Shown: positions 23,870 to 33,761 of the stretch, one piece after another
Layout: each line of letters begins with the position of its first letter
Position numbering within the stretch: position 1 is the first letter of the stretch
Virus record (IMG/VR): IMGVR_UViG_3300048670_001504
Span: 1-33,761 of that record
Length of the DNA: 33,761 bases
Source: a virus
Lineage: Duplodnaviria; Caudoviricetes
Reading direction: 5' to 3' (one strand)
Notes under the pieces: generated by a model
What the model was told of the DNA's origin: nothing
The model's input: only the letters and a program-made list of their open reading frames with translations
Databases searched by the model: none
Translations under genes and position numbers: made by a program

Positions 23870-25978
23870 TTAACTTGTTGGGCAGTTAACCAATGGCTCC
23901 AGCATAAATATACTTGCAGCTGGCGCACTCTTGCTAGCGCTTGCAAAAACTCTATCACTAAGTCTTATGCATCCGTTTTCATAAACTAAAACTGGTCCGA
24001 CGCATGGGGTCGGGTTCCCGTCTTTATCCTCACAGTCTTTGCCAGCCAGTAAGTATATATTTTCGTCAGCCAAGAATAAATGAGATTTTTTAGTTATATT
24101 TACATAATAATCTTCTGTGGATACAAGCTTTAATCTACTGATTACCTCTATGTAATCTGATGGATTTTTTTCTTTATCGCCTATTATATCTATTTTATCC
24201 TTGCATGTGGATGTTATATACTTCCCGCCTGCTCTTAAAAATATTAATGATCTTTCTGGAGATTTATTTTCTTGCATTCTAAAAATATGGGGACCACAAT
24301 CATTGGTGTATTGAGGAGCTTTTATTTGAATGTATTGTTGTTGAGTTTCCGGTTCTTGTATATTAGAGTCACTCATTATCATCTCTAATCCATACCCACT
24401 TCTAATTTTAACATAAGCTTTTTTAGCTTTTGCCGCTGGGACTCCTCCTTCTTTTCTGCATGGTGCGCATTGTTCATTGGTATCATCGCACATATCTATG
24501 GTGTGATTGGATGTGCTTTGTAGGTGAATACCTCTTTGACTGCCCGCTATGTTAGGGGGACAACCAGGGCAATTGGCGCTACCTACCGTATGATCATTTA
24601 ATTCTATTTTATTTCCTGTGGCACTTTTTATTCTTATGTAATTATTTTCGGCTCTTAATTTTGAATTATTTAATCCTGTTTTTTCTACATCGCTCATTTC
24701 TATCAAATGACCTGTGGTTGACTTCCAATACGAACGACCTGCAAAATTATCATTACATCCAAAGTCAAATGGTTTTAAAGATCTCTCCCATCCTAATGTT
24801 CCACCCGGTTCTTCTACGCTATCATCCATCACAAAGGTGTGCCCGCTTATGCTTGTGAACTGTATCCCAGTTTGTGGTAAATCGCACTTATTATTTTGTG
24901 GAGTACCTGGACCTTTGTATGGCCTGCATTCGTTTTCATGTTTAAAGTATGGATTATCACCTACTTGGTTATCTGGATATTTTGATTCGGGATGCCCGGT
25001 ACTAGGATGTCCGCCAATTATTTTATTATTACTTTGAGTTCCTACACAACTTGTTTTTTCTTTAGGATTGTATGAAAGTGCTCCTGTGTTTGTATTGGAG
25101 CCCCCATTTCTGATACCCAGTCTGGTTGTATCATCTACAGGACTGCCTTCGTCTTGACCTTGTACGCAACTTACATCTCCTGGTTTAGCTCCACAACTAG
25201 GATGTGCCCACTGACCACAATAATGAATATGATCGTCTTTAAACATCATCCAGTTCCCGCAGCTCGACATTATTTCCAATCTTTTCCATCTTCTATTACA
25301 TTTTGGATCACCATCAACCATTTTTACCATATGTTTTTCTGGTGTTTTAAATCCATAAATATTTGGATAAGTTATTCTTTTTCGAGCTTCTGCATCGCTT
25401 GAAAAATCTACTATAGAATTTAAATCGAATCCATTGTAGCTCTCCGTATTCCAAGGAGGAAGAACTTGTGATTCCTTATTATCCCCAACTAAGTATCCTT
25501 TTCTGTGCCCACTATGTACTTCTTGATATTCTTTAATATTACTTGACCAAGAGTTTCTTCCTTGTCCTCTATCTCTATTCCAAACTGTACCATGATAATA
25601 TGGAGATTCTCTGTTGCCTCCTTCGAATGAAATAACCAACGCAGACCCTGCCGGGGGCACCCAATTTAAACCACAATCATCAAAGCCTCCCATGCTAGAT
25701 ATGGGCATTGCCCAAGGCAGTTCATCTATTGGTGTTTTTGGATTATGCAACAATGGACAAAAGAATCTTATTCTATTCATTTTCCATATATCTATTGTAT
25801 CAACACAGAGGGCTACATAGACACCAAACAAAGTTTCATCTTGCATGTGTATCTTTAGCCCATCGTTTAATTCGCTTTGAACTACAGACTTGGTTTCATA
25901 TCTCATCGCACCAAATCTCTCCTCTATTGTGGAGAGTCTTAATTCAAGTGCTTTTAATTCTTTTTCATTAGCAAACAT
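23870..25978 (-). CDS. Central spike, gp5/VgrG OB-fold protein, Cys-rich
   Basis: OB-fold signature GVYVA.CVD..D.WKMNRIR..CP...LPWAMP...VPPAGS.LVISFEGGNRESPYYHG, and beta-helix repeats SGHTFVMDD, TGHLIEMSD, TGNKIELND, SNHTIDMCD. Confidence 0.88.
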   Translation of the reverse strand: MFANEKELKALELRLSTIEERFGAMRYETKSVVQSELNDGLKIHMQDETLFGVYVALCVDTIDIWKMNRIRFFCPLLHNPKTPIDELPWAMPISSMGGFDDCGLNWVPPAGSALVISFEGGNRESPYYHGTVWNRDRGQGRNSWSSNIKEYQEVHSGHRKGYLVGDNKESQVLPPWNTESYNGFDLNSIVDFSSDAEARKRITYPNIYGFKTPEKHMVKMVDGDPKCNRRWKRLEIMSSCGNWMMFKDDHIHYCGQWAHPSCGAKPGDVSCVQGQDEGSPVDDTTRLGIRNGGSNTNTGALSYNPKEKTSCVGTQSNNKIIGGHPSTGHPESKYPDNQVGDNPYFKHENECRPYKGPGTPQNNKCDLPQTGIQFTSISGHTFVMDDSVEEPGGTLGWERSLKPFDFGCNDNFAGRSYWKSTTGHLIEMSDVEKTGLNNSKLRAENNYIRIKSATGNKIELNDHTVGSANCPGCPPNIAGSQRGIHLQSTSNHTIDMCDDTNEQCAPCRKEGGVPAAKAKKAYVKIRSGYGLEMIMSDSNIQEPETQQQYIQIKAPQYTNDCGPHIFRMQENKSPERSLIFLRAGGKYITSTCKDKIDIIGDKEKNPSDYIEVISRLKLVSTEDYYVNITKKSHLFLADENIYLLAGKDCEDKDGNPTPCVGPVLVYENGCIRLSDRVFASASKSAPAASIFMLEPLVNCPTS

Positions 25979-25989
25979 TTAGTTATCCT

Positions 25990-27756
25990 TTATTTTTTAT
26001 CACATCTATTTACATCTGTTTCATTATGCATACTAAAAACTGGGCCTTCGAGGCCGCCGCCCAATTTAGCGTCAGGTTGCAAGTCAACACCCGGCGCTGA
26101 TAGGATTAACTTTAATGTAGTAGAAAATTGTCCTTCTCTTATTTGATGACTTATTCCATTTATCATCCAGTTCTTGTTACTGAAAATAGGATTGACCTTT
26201 GGGGTAGACAACCAGTCTATGCCTGTTGATCTAAAACTCACATCGAGGTCCGGCTTATCAGCCTCGGGCCCAGTATAGTTCAGCACCTCCTTTATATTGC
26301 TATCAAACTGGACAGTATTTTTTCTAACATGAAAAGGGTTGATAACAACTAAAGCAAGCATTTTACCTTTCATGTTAATAGGAAAACAATAGGATGGATC
26401 CCCCAGTATCCTAAGTTCTGCTTCAATTGGGCTTAAACCCTCCATATGGCTATTAGCTGCTTGATGGGCCGCATCGGAGATTGCTGTTTCTTTTGCTTGA
26501 CTACCCGGATCTCTGTAATGCATTTGTGATCCACCGGGAGCTGAGTTTGTACTTGTTCCTCCCTTGCCCCTTTTGTCACCTTTTGGACAATCTTTGTTTC
26601 CTTCCATTTTAGCATAATTACCACTAACCGCTGATTGGGCACCGCCTGATTTAGAGTTGGCTCCAAACATCCAACTAACACTTGGATTAAAACTTAATAC
26701 TGGGCTAAGATCACCTCCATTGATAATATATGTTCCAAGATTTCTTTCTTTGCAGTCAGTTATCGGATTACATAAATCCGGCCCAGGATCTTCTTGTATT
26801 ATTATGGTTCCCCCTATCTTTGGATCTTTTCCATCATTTTTGCCTTCCCAATACATTATCAATCCTTTGTTATTGGTTGTCGTTAAAGGAGCTATCCATC
26901 TCCTAACAGCAGATAATTTATTTTGTTGATTGGTTGTCCAAACACCTTTTGGCCCATTGCCTTTATCGGTTCCATCTTTTCCGCCATTTCCATCCGACAC
27001 TTTAAATTTAAATTCAGATTTTCCCTTTGAATCTAAGAATTGCACTTTTAGTTGAGGACCCGGTTCTTTTTTCTCAAATAAATCTTTTATTGCTTGTTTT
27101 AAATCTACTTTTTTTTGGTCGCTTCCTATGGCGCATTCCACTCTTGCTTCTGCTATCCTTGATTGCGCATCATTTGCTTCTATGGTGTATTTTATTTTGC
27201 CTTGTTCGTATACTATTTTTGCGCTTATGGGATTTAATCTTATGAACCCTCCATCTCCAGGTTTTCCGTCTCCCTTAGGGTCGGAAACTGATATTTTTTT
27301 GAAACCTGTGGACTTCTCACCACAAACTGTACCAGTCCTTTCCACTATCCAACCAAAATCTAGCACAAAATTCATTGTTCCATCTTCTGTTGAGTCATAA
27401 AGAGATTTATTTAATGCATTGAATGCTCTTTCAAAACTTCCTCCCATCTCATCGAATATCTCGACTACACAACCCATGCCTTCGGATGTTCCAAACTCCA
27501 TCGATTTAATCACGGCCGTATTTCCATTTTTTGGGGACGAATTGTTTCCTACTGTTAGTATGTCCACACCAAATTTTTTACTAAATAATCTTAATTCAAC
27601 AAATGGAGCAAAAGAGTGACCGTCTAGAGGTTTTTTTAGGGGATTCTTTTCTGGTTGTAGATTTTCATTCAAAAGATTTTTTATGTAGTCTTTATCGCCA
27701 TCAAAGCATCCGTATTTTTCTAAATCTTCGAGAAAATTGCTATTCGGTACTGCCAT
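25990..27756 (-). CDS. Baseplate hub protein (gp27/late control D-like)
   Basis: Lies between the LysM-like and spike genes; LDFGW in the N-terminal part; C-terminal AELRILGDP...WMINGISHQI..GQFSTTLKL. Confidence 0.7.
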   Translation of the reverse strand: MAVPNSNFLEDLEKYGCFDGDKDYIKNLLNENLQPEKNPLKKPLDGHSFAPFVELRLFSKKFGVDILTVGNNSSPKNGNTAVIKSMEFGTSEGMGCVVEIFDEMGGSFERAFNALNKSLYDSTEDGTMNFVLDFGWIVERTGTVCGEKSTGFKKISVSDPKGDGKPGDGGFIRLNPISAKIVYEQGKIKYTIEANDAQSRIAEARVECAIGSDQKKVDLKQAIKDLFEKKEPGPQLKVQFLDSKGKSEFKFKVSDGNGGKDGTDKGNGPKGVWTTNQQNKLSAVRRWIAPLTTTNNKGLIMYWEGKNDGKDPKIGGTIIIQEDPGPDLCNPITDCKERNLGTYIINGGDLSPVLSFNPSVSWMFGANSKSGGAQSAVSGNYAKMEGNKDCPKGDKRGKGGTSTNSAPGGSQMHYRDPGSQAKETAISDAAHQAANSHMEGLSPIEAELRILGDPSYCFPINMKGKMLALVVINPFHVRKNTVQFDSNIKEVLNYTGPEADKPDLDVSFRSTGIDWLSTPKVNPIFSNKNWMINGISHQIREGQFSTTLKLILSAPGVDLQPDAKLGGGLEGPVFSMHNETDVNRCDKK

Positions 27757-27765
27757 TTTTAACCT

Positions 27766-28092
27766 TTAAAATAATATGTTATTTGGTATTACTATGTTTT
27801 CGCCGCTCCTAAATTCAAAAATATCTTTCATCCCGTTCACCTCTAGTATTTTCCACCAAAAATCAGGAGTTCCATAAGCTTGATTTGATAGTAAGTCGGG
27901 TCTGTATTCATATCCTTTTGTTATAACTGTATATTTATCATTTGCGCTAGGGGTATAGCTATTCTTTTTATATGTTTTGAATGTTAAAAGTTTATTTTCT
28001 GTATAATACACAACCTCGCTCTCTGCATATCTGCTAGAGACTCCAACAAATTTAGAAGGTTGTATGCTTGTTTTTTCGTAATAATTAGACAT
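27766..28092 (-). CDS. gp53/tail-X LysM-like baseplate protein
   Basis: RPDLLSNQAYGTPDFWWKILEVNGMKDIF...GENIVIP. Confidence 0.88.
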   Translation of the reverse strand: MSNYYEKTSIQPSKFVGVSSRYAESEVVYYTENKLLTFKTYKKNSYTPSANDKYTVITKGYEYRPDLLSNQAYGTPDFWWKILEVNGMKDIFEFRSGENIVIPNNILF

Positions 28093-28094
28093 TT

Positions 28095-28634
28095 TTAACC
28101 ACCTACCCTAAATATTCTACCATGACCTGGTAAATCATTGCTTTCATAAATCACTTCCCATGTCATATCCACACTAAATTTATAAGGAAGTTTAGTCCTG
28201 CTATCCCATGCAACATCTGTTGGGAATTTTACACTATATGAGCGTAAAACCGCACATGTGTCAAGCATTTCTCCACCGGGTTTTAACAAGTGACCACATC
28301 TTAATGCACATACTGGGGGCGGAGCATATGGTTCAAAATTACCAACCCTAGGGTAGACTGCACTCTCTATTGTTCTTAATGCCATTAAATTTTTCTCTAT
28401 GTCGGTTTCTTGAGTTACAATAAAATAAGCAGTCCAATTAATTGATCTGTTTTCCGAGTGGCTATAAGTTTTCATCGGAAAACTTCTGCCGATCACGGGC
28501 TCATCATTATAAGAAGCAGACTTACTATCAGATATATCTGGTAATATATTCATCTTTATTGTACGACCCTCCACCTTGATATAGCAGTCAGCTATATCAA
28601 GGAGATGACCAGAACCATCTGTTGCATCACTCAT
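28095..28634 (-). CDS. Tail tube initiator-like protein (CIS tube/gp48-gp54-like)
   Basis: ISDSKSASYND..VIGRS.P...YS.SENRSINW, AVYP...YAPPPVCAL..G, VLRSYSVKF; immediately follows the tape measure gene. Confidence 0.78.
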   Translation of the reverse strand: MSDATDGSGHLLDIADCYIKVEGRTIKMNILPDISDSKSASYNDEPVIGRSFPMKTYSHSENRSINWTAYFIVTQETDIEKNLMALRTIESAVYPRVGNFEPYAPPPVCALRCGHLLKPGGEMLDTCAVLRSYSVKFPTDVAWDSRTKLPYKFSVDMTWEVIYESNDLPGHGRIFRVGG

Positions 28635-28635
28635 A

Positions 28636-31600
28636 TTATCCCACCGTTCCTATGCTTGTTATTCCCTTGCTTGATCCTTGTCCGTGCTTCCCAGTTTTCC
28701 ATTTATAATATTTTGGAGGACTAGATGATACGTAGTTAGTAGCAGTACTTGCTGCTGATTGTCCACCATCCCCAGAACTCTGTGAGGGCTTCATGAACCC
28801 TACCATCTCTTCTAATAGAGTTATCATGTTCTCTAATTTTTCAACCTGAGTTTGACCAGACTCTGCAATTGTACTAAGTTCGGAAGTTTCCGATGTTGCT
28901 GCTCCGGATGTTGCTGTATCTCTTTGTATTGATTCCCCAATATCAGTCATCCTCGCAGTAGATGCTGTTACAGATCCTATTGTATTGTTTAATGGATAAA
29001 CCGGATTTGGCATACTCATCTTGTTTGCGGTGGTAGCTCCCGTCTCCGCTGCCTTATTTGCTCCCCCAAAGAATCCAGCAATCTTCCCGCCAGCCCACCC
29101 AGCGGCAGATGCGAGTGTTCTGGCTGGTAGTGTTGCCGTATCTAGAGCGAACTTGCCTACTGATAATGCACCCTTACCAATAGTTTTCGCCCCATCCCAT
29201 AGTGTCGATCCTAAATTTTTTGCACTCTCCCACAGTGTTGATCCTAAATTTTTTGTACCCTCCCACAGTGTTGATCCTAAATTTTTTGCACCTTCCCATG
29301 CACTACTCGCTATTGATTTTGCTCCTTCCCAAGCACTACCCGCTAGTTTTCCTGCGCCACTTATTAATCCATCCCCAAAGAAGTCGATTCCTGCCGATAG
29401 AACTGGGCCTATAAACGGAATTGCACCAGCTAGCCCGCTTGCTAATTCTTTTACTGCTCCTCCAACGTTTCCTTGAACCAATGCCGATAAAGCAAATCCT
29501 GCTCCTGCCAATGCGCCTATACCCGGTAGTTTCTTTAATAAACTTTTACCCACTCCGCCCAATCCGGCTTTTGCTATAAAACCACCAGCCTTACCAAACA
29601 TACTTCCCATTAAACCGCCGCCCTTACTGAACAATGAACCTGCCTTGGCAGCAACTCCACTTGCTTTGCCAAATAACCCGCTCATCAAGCCTGTTCCTTT
29701 ACTCAAAATTCCTCCGGCTTTGCTTGCTGCTCCACCGGCTTTACCAAACATACTTCCTACCAATCCCTTGCCAGATTTAATACCTGAATCAACCTTGTTT
29801 TTTAATCCTCCCAAGAATCCCTTACTCGATTTGCCAGCTATTTTTTCAGCTGCATTGCCTAAACTTTTTGCATTTTGATTCTTTAGATTTTTCATTCCTT
29901 TTGATAGAGGAATTTCAAGAGATTGTGCTGCCTCTGCACTGCAAGCACATGCATCATCTCCTCCGCCCAACATAGATCCAAATATAGATCCTACGCCGCC
30001 GAGTAATTTGCCTGCTTTTCCTTTAACGCCACCAAGTAAATTGCCGGCTGTTCCTAATACTGCGTTCTTTCCTTTGTCTGCAACATTTAATGCACCTCTA
30101 CCTGTGGATGTTGATTTTACTTGACTTGTTAATCCCTTTCCAAGAGATGATAGTATTCCTCCTCCTTGTTCTCTTGATCTCGAATATCCTTTTGCCAAAG
30201 GACTGAATGTATCTTTTATTTTTGAACCTACTCCTTTAAAGAAATCTCCTATCTTAGCCACGCCACTTGTTCCCATCATACTTGAAAATCCTTTTGAGAT
30301 TGATGAGAAAAATCCTTCTTGGGCCCCACTTGCTGTTGAAAATCCTTTAACAAAACCAGAGAATAGATTAGATGATAGACTAAGTGCATCCCCCACTAAT
30401 CCTTTAACTTTCCCTACAGCACTTACTGCCAAACTTGGCAAATTTGTCAATCCACCTATAACGTTGGTGGCCATTTTTGCCATACCACCTATTACGTTAG
30501 AAGCCATACTTGCCATACCCCCTATAACTCCGAAGGCCATTTTCCCAAATATTGACACTATCGAAGTTGCTAAATCAGGTATTATTGAGTGACCCACCAA
30601 AATATCATACAGCCATTTAAACGGACTTAATATGGCGTCTACCAAACCTTTTGCCCAAGATACTAATCCATTTATTGCCGATGTTATTTGATTGATGACC
30701 CATACTACAGCATTTATAGGAGTCACCAACGCCTGAATTACTATTTGTAAAGGGAAAAGTGCAATTCTTATAAGAGATCCTATTACTGTTGATAGACCGT
30801 ATACAACTCCCTTTAGCAAATTCATGGCACTAAAACCCGATTCTCCCGCTTCACTTACTCCGAAAATAGATTCAAATAAATAAAATATGGGATCTAGCAA
30901 GGTTCCTATTGCATCAAATAATGATCCAAATGCATTGTATAGTTCTCCCATTGCATCACTTATAGGACTCAGTATTTCTAAGAAAGGCTGGAATATTGGT
31001 CCAACCCAATCACTTGTTGCCAGAGAGGCTAAACTATCATATAGCATTCTTGGAATGCCCATGAATAGATTAAGAATCATTTTAGGTATCTCTATAAACA
31101 ATACTTTAAATGCAAAAACAAATATGTTTAGTAGCATTTTAGGTATCTCTATAAACAATACTTTAAATGTGAAGATCAATGTCTCTCCAATAAATCTTCC
31201 CATGCCCTCAAAAATCTTGCCTAAGTTTAAAGTAAACACACCTTCAAAGAATTGAAGTATTCCCAATGCTCTGTTGTATAATGAATTCAACAACATCCCT
31301 ATCACAGAGGTAACAAGTCCTATGGCTTTTCCTATAATTCTGATCACAGGAGCCAACACCATTGTGAATAAACTAACTATTCCGCCAATGAACATGCCAA
31401 CAACTCTCAAAACAGTTCGTATGGCTTTACCTATGCCCCCAAAAATATTTGCAAAAATTGTAAAGAAGCTGCCGGTCTCTTCCATCTTGGAGTTAAAATT
31501 AAATAATGGTCCAAGTATACTTCCAACTGCATCACCGATGGCAACAAAGACGCTGCCTATGGGAGCGATTGCGAAATAAACCATCTCGCCTATTCCCATG

Positions 31601-33760
31601 AAAATATCAACAATACTCGTCGCTATCCCCCAGAGCACACCTAAAACAGAATCTATGATTACCATTATTGCACTTAATATTGGAATCATTTTATTAAACT
31701 TTGCCAATGCTATAGTCAGTGTTCCTGTTGATCCCAATAGACTATCAAAAATTCCAAAAGTTAAATAATTTAATGCACCCGTAACTGCGCCAGCACCCTT
31801 AGCCGCATAATACTCAGCAGTAGTCAATTTTTCTTGGGATGTTCCAAATATCTCTGCCGCATGTTCTGCGGCAGCCATAGCGCCAGTTACTCCTCCAACT
31901 AATGCAATTACACCTGCTGCTATTGCAGCTATAGGACCAATGGCGGCAGCGGCCGCTTGACCAAAATTACCCAAAACAGGAGCAAGAGCTTGCATACTCT
32001 TCCATTTTTCTTTAGCCACCTCAGACACAGAATCAATAAATTCGGTGCCAATTCCAGCTTTTGCTGCTTTTGATAATGTGTCCATCTCTTTCTGCCCTAC
32101 AAGAAACTCTGCTCCTTGATAAAGAATATCTGTTATTCCACCCATCCCCCCCAGGACACCAGCGGTAAATTTAGCAATACCCGAATCTAGAAAAGCATTT
32201 ATTGATCCCATCGTGCTATTTCTTAAAGTATCATTGAGCTCTATTATAGATTGATTAACATCTGTTAGAGCGTCTACTTGGCTTTTTTGAGTTACTCCTA
32301 ATTCTGCATTGGCGTCAGACATTTTGTCTGAGATCTCTCTGAATGCCACTGGATCTTTTAAGGCATTTTCTATCTGGCTTGAAGTAATATTTAATTCTTT
32401 TTTCTTTGCTTTCCTTAAACCTTCGTTTATGCCCTTGAGAGCAGTTTCTATAGATTGCTTCGCAACTCCCTTTGAATCAGTTGCCGTTATTCCCAGTGCC
32501 TTTAGATCTTTATCCATGCCTGGCAATTTTGATCCAAATTTCTCGAAAGCCTTATCCATACTTCCAGCACTTTTTGCCACCTCATCAAGTTGAGACATTA
32601 TGCCAAGCGATCCGCCTGTCATTAGTGATCTCTTTTGTTCCATTAGAGTTCTTTGCTCTTCAAGAGTTAAGTTTTGTTTTTGTTTAGCTGTTATATCGCT
32701 TAGTTTTTCATCTAATCCCTTTGAAGATTCTTTTAAACTTTCTATGCTCTGTTTGAATTCCCCAAGACCCATACCATACGCAGATCTTAATTGCATATCC
32801 ATTATGGACTTCTGCTCATCGCTCATGTTTGCTATCTGATCCAGTGAAGTTATTCCAAAGTTACCAAGAATACTCTCCATTCCTCCTGCCAACTTTTTCA
32901 TTCCATCTTTAGTACTCAATAATGTACCAGACATCAGTTCGCTTGTTGCTCCCATGGCACCTGCAGCTTGATATAATAAAGCCTTTTGTTGTGATGATGC
33001 TTCCATCAATCCGCTTAATCCCTTGGTTGCAACCCCAGCAATTGAACCTAATTGTTCGCTAACACCGAATTTCTCTGCGCTTGCCATCATTTCGACCATA
33101 TTTCCGGCAGCTGTTGTTGTTAATCTTGCTCCATTTCTTAGATTTTTTATAAATTGATCGCTTTGTTTTACTGCATTAGCAAGATTATCACCTGTTACTC
33201 CTGTATTTCTTGCTGTATCTTGTATGCTTCTTCCAAACTGAGCCATTTGTCTTGCGTTCATTCCAGTGGATAAACTCATGCTGGAGAATTGATCCGCCAA
33301 GGTGCCAGCTTGTACTCCTATCATTTTTTCTGTATTTAATTGGGCTTTAGAAATACCCATTGCTAACTTTTGATCTTTGATTCCTTTTCTTAAATTTCCT
33401 AAATATGATTTTGTAGATTGTTCTCTATCAAATCCGGTTATCTTAGAGGTTTTACCTATATCTTCATATGCATGTTGTAGGCCCCTAGATTCTTTTGTTA
33501 CCCCTGCTGTTTCATATGCCACTTGTCGGACTTCTTGTGCAAATTCCCTGTCTTTGACAATAAGTCCCTTAGTCACTTCGTTTAAAACTCTAAAGCCTAG
33601 CACCGCCTCTTGCACTTCAGCAGCCTTCCTTGAAATATCGCCTATTGAAGTTTTAATTCTTCTATATAGATTTAGAGATCTTTCTGCATCGACAAACTCA
33701 GCGTATGCATTTGAATCAAATCCTCTGCTGCTGCCACCACCGCTGCCACTGCTGCCACCA
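28636..33760 (-). CDS. Tail tape measure protein, 5'-truncated by window edge (>1700 aa)
   Basis: The frame stays open upstream of the track's GTG 33615 to the window end (CGSSGSGGGSSRGFDSNAYAEF...). Ala/Gly-rich helical protein with a long hydrophobic middle, Trp-periodic repeats and a KKLPGIG..AG.GFA..G...GA..E..SG...IP.IG motif; located upstream of the baseplate genes. Confidence 0.9.
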   Translation of the reverse strand, partial: GGSSGSGGGSSRGFDSNAYAEFVDAERSLNLYRRIKTSIGDISRKAAEVQEAVLGFRVLNEVTKGLIVKDREFAQEVRQVAYETAGVTKESRGLQHAYEDIGKTSKITGFDREQSTKSYLGNLRKGIKDQKLAMGISKAQLNTEKMIGVQAGTLADQFSSMSLSTGMNARQMAQFGRSIQDTARNTGVTGDNLANAVKQSDQFIKNLRNGARLTTTAAGNMVEMMASAEKFGVSEQLGSIAGVATKGLSGLMEASSQQKALLYQAAGAMGATSELMSGTLLSTKDGMKKLAGGMESILGNFGITSLDQIANMSDEQKSIMDMQLRSAYGMGLGEFKQSIESLKESSKGLDEKLSDITAKQKQNLTLEEQRTLMEQKRSLMTGGSLGIMSQLDEVAKSAGSMDKAFEKFGSKLPGMDKDLKALGITATDSKGVAKQSIETALKGINEGLRKAKKKELNITSSQIENALKDPVAFREISDKMSDANAELGVTQKSQVDALTDVNQSIIELNDTLRNSTMGSINAFLDSGIAKFTAGVLGGMGGITDILYQGAEFLVGQKEMDTLSKAAKAGIGTEFIDSVSEVAKEKWKSMQALAPVLGNFGQAAAAAIGPIAAIAAGVIALVGGVTGAMAAAEHAAEIFGTSQEKLTTAEYYAAKGAGAVTGALNYLTFGIFDSLLGSTGTLTIALAKFNKMIPILSAIMVIIDSVLGVLWGIATSIVDIFMGIGEMVYFAIAPIGSVFVAIGDAVGSILGPLFNFNSKMEETGSFFTIFANIFGGIGKAIRTVLRVVGMFIGGIVSLFTMVLAPVIRIIGKAIGLVTSVIGMLLNSLYNRALGILQFFEGVFTLNLGKIFEGMGRFIGETLIFTFKVLFIEIPKMLLNIFVFAFKVLFIEIPKMILNLFMGIPRMLYDSLASLATSDWVGPIFQPFLEILSPISDAMGELYNAFGSLFDAIGTLLDPIFYLFESIFGVSEAGESGFSAMNLLKGVVYGLSTVIGSLIRIALFPLQIVIQALVTPINAVVWVINQITSAINGLVSWAKGLVDAILSPFKWLYDILVGHSIIPDLATSIVSIFGKMAFGVIGGMASMASNVIGGMAKMATNVIGGLTNLPSLAVSAVGKVKGLVGDALSLSSNLFSGFVKGFSTASGAQEGFFSSISKGFSSMMGTSGVAKIGDFFKGVGSKIKDTFSPLAKGYSRSREQGGGILSSLGKGLTSQVKSTSTGRGALNVADKGKNAVLGTAGNLLGGVKGKAGKLLGGVGSIFGSMLGGGDDACACSAEAAQSLEIPLSKGMKNLKNQNAKSLGNAAEKIAGKSSKGFLGGLKNKVDSGIKSGKGLVGSMFGKAGGAASKAGGILSKGTGLMSGLFGKASGVAAKAGSLFSKGGGLMGSMFGKAGGFIAKAGLGGVGKSLLKKLPGIGALAGAGFALSALVQGNVGGAVKELASGLAGAIPFIGPVLSAGIDFFGDGLISGAGKLAGSAWEGAKSIASSAWEGAKNLGSTLWEGTKNLGSTLWESAKNLGSTLWDGAKTIGKGALSVGKFALDTATLPARTLASAAGWAGGKIAGFFGGANKAAETGATTANKMSMPNPVYPLNNTIGSVTASTARMTDIGESIQRDTATSGAATSETSELSTIAESGQTQVEKLENMITLLEEMVGFMKPSQSSGDGGQSAASTATNYVSSSPPKYYKWKTGKHGQGSSKGITSIGTVG
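29187..29340 (-). repeat. 33-bp (11-aa) tandem repeat WE[G/S]AKNLGSTL in the tape measure
   Basis: TCCCA (Trp codon context) at 29195, 29228, 29261, 29294 and 29327. Confidence 0.92.
31078..31169. repeat. Perfect 35-bp direct repeat with 57-bp period (FKVLFIEIPKM x2)
   Basis: CATTTTAGGTATCTCTATAAACAATACTTTAAATG at 31078-31112 and 31135-31169. Confidence 0.92.
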
Positions 33761-33761
33761 C

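Noticed and set aside
23860-23958. N-terminal extension of gp25 in the track
   Set aside because: Overlaps the spike gene's 3' end; the family-like sequence starts at MKKFLG (23859).
4026-32839. Numerous short opposite-strand or nested ORFs in the track (e.g. 4420-4671, 9161-9535, 22956-23297, 29021-29476, 30887-31255)
   Set aside because: They lie within longer genes with coherent motifs and have low-complexity antisense composition.
33613-33615. GTG 33615 as the tape measure start
   Set aside because: The frame stays open to the window end, so the true start probably lies outside the window.
18094-33761. Bacterial eCIS, tailocin or T6SS locus instead of a phage
   Set aside because: Linked primase and nuclease, a very long tape measure, phage-like gene density and no host housekeeping genes. 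No capsid genes are in the window, so this is not formally excluded.
1-33761. Stop-codon reassignment as seen in some large phages
   Set aside because: Long ORFs are intact in the standard code, and TAA, TAG (6695, 7886) and TGA (4010, 8998) all end genes right next to neighbouring genes.

Overview
AT-rich, densely coding segment of a large contractile-tailed (myovirus-like) phage genome in the standard genetic code. The right two-thirds (8998-33761, minus strand) is a tail/baseplate module. In transcription order it encodes a tape measure protein (open to the window edge), tube-initiator-like protein, gp53/LysM-like protein, gp27-like hub, Cys-rich gp5/VgrG-like spike, gp25, gp6-like and gp7/P2-I-like wedge proteins, a collar-like protein, a YHYH + cupredoxin-like fibre protein, a coiled-coil protein and three paralogous PKD-type fibre proteins. 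The left third carries a Maf/DUF115-like putative glycosyltransferase, an actin-fold ATPase that resembles the volactin clade as I recall it, a tandem DUF5659-like protein, a DNA primase, a Cas4/AddB-like PD-(D/E)XK nuclease, a signal-peptide trypsin-like protease and an ORF missing from the track that has (PTTTTTVE)n repeats. The best candidates for new biology are a phage-encoded volactin-like actin cassette, a fibre whose two metal-binding domains both appear to have lost their ligands, a possible virion O-glycosylation system, and a TATAT(A/T)A near-leaderless promoter grammar. All family calls come from motif recognition by eye; no database searches were run. I saw no tRNA, rRNA, CRISPR array or mobile element.
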